Source of the DNA: a virus
Lineage: Duplodnaviria > Caudoviricetes
DNA length: 25,600 bases
IMG/VR virus record: IMGVR_UViG_3300042473_000099
Span: 1-25,600 of that record
Strand: one strand, 5' to 3'
Under the pieces are notes generated by a model, which was not told where the DNA came from, did not search any database, and saw only the letters and a list, made by a program, of their open reading frames with translations. Positions within the stretch are counted from its first letter, which is position 1. Each line of letters opens with the position of its first letter. Of this stretch, positions 19,101 through 25,600 are shown one piece after another. The position numbers and the translations under genes were made by a program.

Positions 19101-22100
19101 GGTTCTTGTTATAGTAATCAAGGGCTACGCTAATATCTGGTATTGCAGCACCAAGTTGAGAAATTCTTTGAAATAGTTCAAGTTCTTTTTGTGCTTCTGG
19201 TGCAGTCTTTGTGGATATGCGAGCAACAAAATCTGTGGCTTGCTTTGGATCTTTAAACATTCCTACAACGCCCATCATCTGGTCTGCAAACTTTCCACCA
19301 AACTTTCCAACAATAGAGACAACTTTTTCAATTGCAGCCTTATCTTTTCCAAAAGTATCAAATATTTCAATCATCTGCATTGGATCAATTTGACCACTAG
19401 CAAGTTGCATTTTTAATGTATACTGCATTTCTTTAGATACACCAGAATCATTTATTTGTTGCTGTGCTAAAGGAACAACATCTTCTAGGGCTGTCCCCTT
19501 GTACTGTTTTGTAACAGCCTTATCTGCACCTGTCATAAGGGCTTTCTTTGTTGCACCATCTGCATTTTTATAGTTAGTCTGAATATTAGATACTAAAGTA
19601 CCATTTTCGGTAAGCAGAGTATTTCTATTTTTAATATACTCATTTGTAAGTCTTTCTGCTTCTACCTGATCTCCAGAAGCCTTTGCAATTTGAAGTTTAT
19701 TCTGATACTCTAGTTCTAAAGAGTCCATAAGTTCTTGCTGTTGCTGTAATGCAATTTTTTGCATTGCAACATTTGCACCAGAGGCTTCTCCAATTCTTAT
19801 GTTTCTGTCTTTTCTTCCAAAAAGGTTTCCTGCTGCTGCTCCAAGACCTGCTCCAATTTTTGCTCCAAGTATTGCTCCTGCTGCTGCTCCTGGAGGACCT
19901 CCAAGTGCTCCCAAGATTCCTCCAGCAATTGCTCCACCTACTGATCCAATGCCTGCGCCTGCAACCATGTATCCACCAGTCTTTCCAACATCGCCAGCAG
20001 TCCATCTTCCAGCCTTCTTTGCTGCATCATTTGAAAGGTTCATTTTTTCTCTTGTATCTTGCAAAAGTTTTACTCTAACCCCTACTGGATCTTTAAGAAT
20101 GTTTTCTCCATTTGGGCCAAGGATTTCATTTAATTTTCCATTTACTTCAATTCCAAATGAGTAATCTCCCATTTCTTGTGCAAGGTTTGAAACAATGCTT
20201 CTTGCTTGTGCTGCATCTAGTGCTCCTGATGCAACAGCAGTAGCCATTTGATTTACTATTTGTCCCTTTGCAGCATCTTTGCCCTGTGTCTTTACTGTTT
20301 CTCCAACATTCTTAGCCATTGCCTTACCATCTTCACCTGCCATAAATGACTGACCAAAAGTAGTCTTACCTGTTTTAATCTGGAATGGTGAGAAAGAGTC
20401 TTTTCTTCTTCTGTCCATAATCTCTCCTGCAGAAACTTTACCTGCAAAAGTAGAAAAAGTTTTCATTGCTTCAGACCCAGAACCCATTGCTTCTGTAAGT
20501 TTTAATGCTGCATCCTGTGCCTTATCAAAAACAATTCTCTGATAAGCATACGCTGCTGCAACTAGTCCAACTCCAACTGCTAATGCAGAAAACTTACTTT
20601 GAAGCATTGGAAGTATCATTGAAATACCCATAAGAGGCATCATTATTTTTGTTGCCATTTCTCCAACTGTTCCAGGAATCATTGATGCCATCATTGCAAC
20701 TCCTGATGCAGCCATAGCACCGCCAGTCAAACCCATTCCTGGGCTTTTCCCTGCTGCTATTCTTGCAGATCTTTTTTCTTCTCTTCCCTGCAAATATTTT
20801 CCTATTCTTCCAGTTCTTTCTGCCACTTGAGGGGTTGGTTCTGGTCTAGATACCAAAGGCAAGGCGATTGCCCCTGCTGGAGTTTCTGGTCCAATTGGTG
20901 CTGGGCCTGCTGCTCTTGTTGCTCTTCTTAATCTTTTTTTGCTGACTATCTTAGTTTCTTCTGCTGAAGCATTTGCAATTGTTGTTCCAATTTTTTTACC
21001 AGCAGCCTCTGCTGTTGCAAGATTTGCAATTGCACCCTTTACATATGCATTGGTAAGTTCTGAAAGATTTTTTGCTGAGCCTGGCATAGAAACAACACTT
21101 GTTGCCATTGGAGCATCTGCTTCTCCAGGGATTGTAAACTTTCCAACTCTTCTTCTTTTAGAAGTTTTTGGCACATTGACAACTCGATTTCCTTTTTTAG
21201 GCTTGTCTATCATCTTTTTATCATCTGGACCAGCATCGGACTCAACGTTTGTAGGAAGTGTTTGCATTTTTGGCTTACTTAATTTCTTGGTCTTATCATT
21301 TTGAACCATCTCATCTGGCTTTACCGCAATTTTATTTTTAAGACCTTCAACTGGTGCAACAGCACGAGCATGAACACCTTTCCAGTCAGCAATAAGGCCT
21401 TCTTCAAGCCTTTTTATCATAGCCTTATAAACCTTTTTTTCATCTTTGTCTAAGTCAGGGAATTTTCTTATTGTTTCTTTAAGTTTAGGAAGGACTCTAT
21501 TGATCTCGTCCTTCATTGCAGTCTCATACTCTTCTGGAGTCATATTTTTTACAATGTCAAGTGTTGACTCAGCAAAGAACTTTTTACGACCTGGAACCTT
21601 TAAGTTAGGATCAAGATTTTTTATTGCCTGCTCTTCCATTGAAGGAAGATTTAATATCTTCTTGCCATCTTTATCGAAATCGAAAGGAAAATCTCTTTCT
21701 CCAGAGGCAGTTGCAAATACTCCTGAAGTACCAACATCTGCAAGAATATTTCCAGAAATGTTTCCTCTTCCTAAATCCATATCTGCACGAAGTGCTGCTG
21801 CAACATTTTGTCGAATGTATTGATCTTTGTCAAACTTATTTTCCATATTATCTGGATTAAATTTTGCATCATATGCAGACTCAAGAGCGTACATTGTTTT
21901 ACCAGTTGTTGGATCTTGAATTATTCTTAACTGCTGAACTGGTGCTTCTAATCCATGAACATCTCTTGCAATCTGCGTTGCTCTTTGTTCTGCACGGGCC
22001 GCCCTTAAGTCCATCATTGGCTTTACAAATACTTTTTTGCCATCGTGTGTTTCGTGCAGTCCTGAAAGATGCTTAGCACCAAGATTACTAAATCCAGTAC

Positions 22101-25100
22101 CCTCGGAAATTTGCTTTGCATAGGTTGTGATTGTTTTTCCTTCTAATTCTGCTGGTGGCAATCCAAACAGTGCTCTCTCAACAGACTGACGAATTTTTTT
22201 AGTTGCTGTTCCTGCAATTTTGACACGACCAGAAGAACCATTTGCTCTTCCAGCAACAAACTTGCCGTTATCCTTAAGTTCACCATTATTTCTTGATGTT
22301 TTAAGTCTATATGGTGGATTTTCATCTGGTCGGTAGGTTTCTCCTACTTCAGGTCTACTATAGGCAATTATGTTATCGTTTGCATCTCTTCTAACAAATA
22401 CTGGAGCATCTGGATAATTATCAACAAGCCTTTGTACCGCCCTAATAATTCCCTTTTGTTCAGTCTTCTTTACAGTCTCAAGAAGTTGTGCAGGAGTTGC
22501 GGGCTTGTCATCATAAACTATTCCTTTTGGTGTTCCGTGTGGACCAATGCCTGCAATAGCAAAGACTTTCATAACTGAATCAGAATATTTCTTATCCTGT
22601 ACCAGGCTTCCTACTATACCTGACTTTAAATCTCCTACTCGTGAGGCCACTAAATCATCACCAATCTGGTGTGGCTTCTTGTTGCCATCTTTATCTAAAT
22701 CTCTTGGAAGTAACTCTAAAGAACTGATAACCTCTCTACGAATCTTATCTGATACCTTTGATGCCTCTGTTCCAGTAAGGGATGGGTCTTTCTTCATAAG
22801 GTTTTCTGTCATTGTGCGAATGGCTCTTGGCTTTTTTATCTCTTCTATATATCTGTCTAGGTCTGCCTGATTTTTTCCTAAGTCTTCGTGTAGATCATCT
22901 GGTATATCAAACCCTAAACCACTATAGGCATTTCCTTTAGGTATTCCTCTTGATCTAAATTCATCTGCGTCTTTTTTAAATTCATCAGGAACGCTATCAA
23001 GATCTACAATTTCTTTTTTTGTTGCATGAGCAAACTCAAGTGTTTCATCACTATCTCCTGCATATTTAATTGGCATACCGACCTGTGTTGCTCCTGGCGT
23101 TCCACCATTAAAGCCCTGAAGTCTTCTATTAACCATTGCACTAATGATTGGCTTAAATCTAGGATCTTGTGCTACATCTGCTGGGATTACTGCTTCCCCT
23201 GGAGTAAGTACGGCAGGAACTGTATCTTGATCACCAGTTCCTGGAACTCTAGTTGTTCCAGTTGAATACTTTGCTTTTGCTTGGGTTGTACCTGGTTTAC
23301 CGCCTCTGACTGGGCCTGTAAATCCTAACTGTGCAGCAATTGCATTTCTATATGCTGATGCCAAAGTATTTACTGCGGTTGCTTCAGAGGTAAAGGTTTG
23401 CTTAAGTCTTTGATGAACTTGGTCTAAAGATGCTGCTACAGCAGATGCCTCAAGTTGTTGCTGACTTAGATATTCTGTTTGCTGTCCAAGTACTTGTGTT
23501 GAAGATCCTGCTTTTTGAAATCCTGATCTCATTGTGGTAAATAATTTAATTATATTTGCAACGCCGTTTGCAAGCAAACCAAATGCCATTAGTGCAACAG
23601 GTCCTACTGCTCCAAGTGCAACTGTTAAAATTGTTAAGAACTTCTTGCTGCCCTCTCCAAGATTATTAAACTTGTCTAGTATCTTTCCTGCAAACTCAAC
23701 GATTGGTGTTAATGCCTTTAAGAACTGCTCTCCCACTGGTGCAAGAGTAACCTTTAGGTCTTCAATAGATTTCTTAAACTTATATGTTGTTGTGTTTTCA
23801 ATCTTTGACAATTCTCGCTCAGATAAGATTGCTAACTCTTCTGTAGTTGCTTTTGTAAGACCAAGTACTCTTGCTGCTTGAGTTCCTTCTGCTGTTACGT
23901 TTTGAAACAGTGTTGATAGTCTTGAGAACTGGAACTTACCAAATAGTTGTTCAATTGCACGAGCACGATTAAGAGGATCTAGTGTGTCTAGTGCATTTGC
24001 AAAGTCTATCACTGTTGACTTTACATCACCAGCATTTCCTTCTACAATACCCTTGATATTTACCCCAAGACCTGCTAGAAACTTTGATGCTTTTTCAGAT
24101 GGGTTGATCAATGATGCAAGACCAGACTTGAGTGCGTTAGCACCTTCTGATGCGTTGATTCCACCTTCCTTCATTGCTGTTAGGAAGAATGCAAGGTCTT
24201 CTACATTTCCACCAAGTTGCTGAACAACTGGCCCTGCTTTTGGAATTGCAATTGTTAAATCTTCAATAGATACAACAGTCTGGTTTTCAACTGCGTTAAG
24301 GAAGTCAATCTTTTTTGCTAAGTCTTCTGTTGCAACACCAAATGCATTTGTTACAGAAATTGTAGTCTCTAATGCTTGTGCTTGTTCAACACCACCAAGA
24401 ACAGCAAGGCGAGTTGCTTGTGCAACTTGTGCAGTTAAATCTGCACCCATCTTACCCATTGCAGCAGCGTCTGCTGCCATCTTCATTGTTTCTTCTACAG
24501 CAACACCATACTTTGTATATTCTTTTGCAAGTAGTTGAATCTGCTTAACCATTGCATTGGTCTCTTCTTGTGTTGTAAAGAGTTCTCCATAAACACGCTT
24601 AAACCTAATAGCCTGCTCTTCCATTGCCATGAATGTTTTTGCAGCCTGTGTTCCAAGCATTGCAAGTGGAATAGTAAAACCAACCATCAACTGACGGCCT
24701 GCCCACTGTGTATTCTTACCAAAGTTTAGAAGGTTAGTTGATCCTTGCTTTAATAGTTGATTAAGCAGTTGCTGTCTCTGTGCTGCTATTGCTGTTTGTG
24801 TTCCCAGATTTTTCATATCTAGGGTAAGTGGTCTTACAGCAATTGCCTGCATTGCCCCATTTGCCCCACGGCCCAACTTAATATATTGGGTCTGAATATC
24901 CTTTACACGCTCTCGTGCTACTTTATTGAGTGTCTCAAATTCAGATCTAAACAATCTACCAAAAGTTTTTGTTGCTGCGCCAGTATATCTAAAATATTCT
25001 CTAGAGGTTAGTTTGTTTTTTTCTAATGCTTCAGTAAATGACTCTGTACTTGTAGTTACTGTTCTCATAGATGCCTGGAACTGTCCAGTAGCATTTATGC

Positions 25101-25266
25101 TGTTCATCAAGTTTTGTGCTTGATTTGCTGCTACCGCTGCTGCTGCGGTACCAGACTTTGCCATTTGTGTATGGAAGGCTGATATTTGACGTTGTAGAAG
25201 TTTTAGACTTGCTAAAGCATCGGACGTATCAATATTTACATGAATATTGGATTGTACATCAGCCAT
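16168..25266 (-). CDS. Tape measure protein, 3032 aa, with internal kinase-like and repeat domains
   Basis: Longest gene, between chaperone and tail-tip genes; Ala/Gln-rich TP901-type TMP core (about aa 200-520, e.g. EGANALKSGLASLINPS); hydrophobic segments; coiled coils; C-terminal GTDTVPAMLTPGEFVM motif; SD AGAGGTG upstream. Confidence 0.93.
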   Translation of the reverse strand: MADVQSNIHVNIDTSDALASLKLLQRQISAFHTQMAKSGTAAAAVAANQAQNLMNSINATGQFQASMRTVTTSTESFTEALEKNKLTSREYFRYTGAATKTFGRLFRSEFETLNKVARERVKDIQTQYIKLGRGANGAMQAIAVRPLTLDMKNLGTQTAIAAQRQQLLNQLLKQGSTNLLNFGKNTQWAGRQLMVGFTIPLAMLGTQAAKTFMAMEEQAIRFKRVYGELFTTQEETNAMVKQIQLLAKEYTKYGVAVEETMKMAADAAAMGKMGADLTAQVAQATRLAVLGGVEQAQALETTISVTNAFGVATEDLAKKIDFLNAVENQTVVSIEDLTIAIPKAGPVVQQLGGNVEDLAFFLTAMKEGGINASEGANALKSGLASLINPSEKASKFLAGLGVNIKGIVEGNAGDVKSTVIDFANALDTLDPLNRARAIEQLFGKFQFSRLSTLFQNVTAEGTQAARVLGLTKATTEELAILSERELSKIENTTTYKFKKSIEDLKVTLAPVGEQFLKALTPIVEFAGKILDKFNNLGEGSKKFLTILTVALGAVGPVALMAFGLLANGVANIIKLFTTMRSGFQKAGSSTQVLGQQTEYLSQQQLEASAVAASLDQVHQRLKQTFTSEATAVNTLASAYRNAIAAQLGFTGPVRGGKPGTTQAKAKYSTGTTRVPGTGDQDTVPAVLTPGEAVIPADVAQDPRFKPIISAMVNRRLQGFNGGTPGATQVGMPIKYAGDSDETLEFAHATKKEIVDLDSVPDEFKKDADEFRSRGIPKGNAYSGLGFDIPDDLHEDLGKNQADLDRYIEEIKKPRAIRTMTENLMKKDPSLTGTEASKVSDKIRREVISSLELLPRDLDKDGNKKPHQIGDDLVASRVGDLKSGIVGSLVQDKKYSDSVMKVFAIAGIGPHGTPKGIVYDDKPATPAQLLETVKKTEQKGIIRAVQRLVDNYPDAPVFVRRDANDNIIAYSRPEVGETYRPDENPPYRLKTSRNNGELKDNGKFVAGRANGSSGRVKIAGTATKKIRQSVERALFGLPPAELEGKTITTYAKQISEGTGFSNLGAKHLSGLHETHDGKKVFVKPMMDLRAARAEQRATQIARDVHGLEAPVQQLRIIQDPTTGKTMYALESAYDAKFNPDNMENKFDKDQYIRQNVAAALRADMDLGRGNISGNILADVGTSGVFATASGERDFPFDFDKDGKKILNLPSMEEQAIKNLDPNLKVPGRKKFFAESTLDIVKNMTPEEYETAMKDEINRVLPKLKETIRKFPDLDKDEKKVYKAMIKRLEEGLIADWKGVHARAVAPVEGLKNKIAVKPDEMVQNDKTKKLSKPKMQTLPTNVESDAGPDDKKMIDKPKKGNRVVNVPKTSKRRRVGKFTIPGEADAPMATSVVSMPGSAKNLSELTNAYVKGAIANLATAEAAGKKIGTTIANASAEETKIVSKKRLRRATRAAGPAPIGPETPAGAIALPLVSRPEPTPQVAERTGRIGKYLQGREEKRSARIAAGKSPGMGLTGGAMAASGVAMMASMIPGTVGEMATKIMMPLMGISMILPMLQSKFSALAVGVGLVAAAYAYQRIVFDKAQDAALKLTEAMGSGSEAMKTFSTFAGKVSAGEIMDRRRKDSFSPFQIKTGKTTFGQSFMAGEDGKAMAKNVGETVKTQGKDAAKGQIVNQMATAVASGALDAAQARSIVSNLAQEMGDYSFGIEVNGKLNEILGPNGENILKDPVGVRVKLLQDTREKMNLSNDAAKKAGRWTAGDVGKTGGYMVAGAGIGSVGGAIAGGILGALGGPPGAAAGAILGAKIGAGLGAAAGNLFGRKDRNIRIGEASGANVAMQKIALQQQQELMDSLELEYQNKLQIAKASGDQVEAERLTNEYIKNRNTLLTENGTLVSNIQTNYKNADGATKKALMTGADKAVTKQYKGTALEDVVPLAQQQINDSGVSKEMQYTLKMQLASGQIDPMQMIEIFDTFGKDKAAIEKVVSIVGKFGGKFADQMMGVVGMFKDPKQATDFVARISTKTAPEAQKELELFQRISQLGAAIPDISVALDYYNKNPAAAAALQKTIDEINSQKGKIDLEIATKILGAEEMAVLKADQEYFNSLPPHQQKVYLQTLTTMVNMAGNNKDAIQNWLKANPGKTEGDYYRASVFAVTEASKAEPAPPKSKNTSSSSGKIDSSPLDELVKKLRDVRKNQIKVTEGWGASQKALNKMFGGSKTIKIFSGIENDMRALGAGEDLIDLITGMDPKEYEDRKKSLFEFDAKGNIKKIKDNARSIGDAIASISLGRFVSDQEKMSKQIGYQTTALTRLKAAGVEGSVALEAVADATFAAAIANKNLSDAQIKKIVDAWNEATKKKKNYVAVQTIEQLNTDLDERVLLLQRMTELSSILNQEQKDTINDSSELQSILINLSSIKPGSKYFEEFLKVLNKTIVVKKTEVQIKQIRIDRLQDIFDKGFNAAMDKADVKEKTLQLDFDFETRGLKDKIDAAQDLVAGYQYNIDDQEAILRGIEKQEQKINDKYDERLEALDQVEKANAAISAQQKGQLTLAEALTSGDIAAAARAAQEMRAQAAADAVTKEKEALQQSREYELSQVRQDGKSRQDVETEIKRLQELVFQQEEKIEFDQELIRQKEVALREAIKPIDIERARWERMQNDIDIARTSNEVFMDLMTQAEKIVNELIEEYKKLKLPKPGPIIPAGTLVCPPGSTDDGKGNCIKASDDLPPCPTGEVRGADGQCKKVDGAEPPKLKYCVTLGRNVLEENYDKECVGMGAVNNGSVPEKKELKYCPSLGRQIPVNQDCPGATPPPAAAGTGIPQNGFTQHYDKAKAEYDAWVAKSKLPGATPSDFGAGLAAADRKVVDAITLVRQKDEYDKQVAAIAKAKITPTDFGASLAAKDAAVINASKKVMGTPKTLVPGTGVYNGSTFIPPQYKSMGGIIKHFSMGGFARGTDTVPAMLTPGEFVMSKYAVDSHGVDTMRAINNGQTTGGTVYNNTYTLTVNAKTDANPNDIAQAVMSTIKRVDDRRIRGVSLNGR
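16564..16791 (-). repeat. 41-aa-period tandem repeat within the TMP
   Basis: KAEYDAWVAKSKLPGATPSDFGAGLAAADRKVVDA aligns without gaps to KDEYDKQVAAIAKAKITPTDFGASLAAKDAAVINA (18/35 identical by hand). Confidence 0.8.
16870..17163 (-). repeat. Cys-paired mini-repeats within the TMP
   Basis: CPPGSTDDGKGNC / CPTGEVRGADGQC, then LKYCVTLGRNV...C / LKYCPSLGRQI...C. Confidence 0.75.
21360..22110 (-). other. Atypical protein-kinase-fold domain (PI3/4K- or HipA-like) embedded in the TMP
   Basis: Gly-rich segment, VFVK(1082)P, E1093 in a predicted helix, D1164-LGRG-N1169 and D1177-VG occur in kinase order. Boundaries approximate. Confidence 0.62.
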
Positions 25267-25284
25267 CCATTAACACCTCTTTAT

Positions 25285-25600
25285 TTAATTATTTACAAGA
25301 TTGCCAAGTAGGGAAGCGTCTGAAAGTCTAATTCCAGATGCCTCTTCAACGATCTTGTATACTGTTGGAAGATCTAGATTTTCTTCTAGGGCTTCCTTGT
25401 CTTCTGCCAACTCTGGCTTGTATTGTTGCATTGCAATTTGAACACAGTCAATAAGCAAATCCATTGACTTTTCGTTATCTTCTGCTACCTTTGCTATATC
25501 TTCAAACTTCTTCATAAATGGACGAAGTAGTGATATCTTTAATGGTCTTACCTTGATCTTTGTACCGTCGATTAGCGTTACTGTCTTTTCTTCAGTGGCG
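25285..25600 (-). CDS. Probable tail assembly chaperone (start lies beyond the right edge)
   Basis: The frame stays open to the window edge: ...ATEEKTVTLIDGTKIKVRPLKISLLRPFMKKFEDIAKV...; small acidic protein directly upstream of the TMP. Confidence 0.72.
   Translation of the reverse strand, partial: ATEEKTVTLIDGTKIKVRPLKISLLRPFMKKFEDIAKVAEDNEKSMDLLIDCVQIAMQQYKPELAEDKEALEENLDLPTVYKIVEEASGIRLSDASLLGNLVNN

Noticed and set aside
19697-20164. Cluster of overlapping low-complexity ORFs and TGCTCC/TGCTGC-like short repeats
   Set aside because: A by-product of the Gly/Ala codons of the TMP glycine zipper, not an independent repeat array or gene.
16381-23226. Diversity-generating retroelement template/variable repeat pair suggested by the duplicated motif
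   Set aside because: Only about 42 nt, mismatches are not adenine-specific, both copies are in-frame coding, and no reverse transcriptase is in the window.
25267-25287. Stop-codon readthrough fusing the chaperone to the TMP (same frame)
   Set aside because: A second in-frame TAA lies in the 18-nt gap, and the TMP has its own Shine-Dalgarno.
677-25331. Many short plus-strand ORFs and off-frame minus-strand ORFs in the ORF track
   Set aside because: All lie within long, motif-supported minus-strand genes, and I saw no ribosome-binding sites or recognisable motifs; they are best explained as shadow ORFs.
1-25600. tRNA genes, CRISPR arrays, intrinsic terminators, alternative genetic code
   Set aside because: Intergenic gaps are all under about 25 nt, leaving no room. 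No repeat-spacer pattern or hairpin-polyT was seen, and genes are intact under the standard code with TAA, TAG and TGA all used as stops.

Overview
AT-rich, gene-dense segment of a tailed dsDNA phage (siphovirus-like). All real genes lie on the minus strand, mostly abutting or overlapping. In transcription order (right to left): a truncated tail assembly chaperone, a very large 3032-aa tape measure protein (TMP), six tail-tip/minor structural genes, four small genes (Zn-ribbon, HTH, two hypotheticals), then a replication/recombination module (DnaB-like helicase, hypothetical, DnaG-type primase, SSB, DnaE-type polymerase, truncated RecA-like protein). Gene content and leaderless-type promoters suggest an actinobacterial host (inference). 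The most notable feature is the TMP. Between two hydrophobic clusters it carries an approximately 800-aa insert containing an atypical protein-kinase-fold domain (VFVK/E/DxxxxN/DVG). The insert starts right after an internal copy of the motif DTVPAxLTPGExV, which recurs at the C-terminus. A Cys-paired repeat region and a 41-aa tandem repeat sit just before that C-terminal copy. Together this suggests a modular TMP that may deliver an enzymatic effector into the host. All calls come from manual motif reading; no database searches were run.
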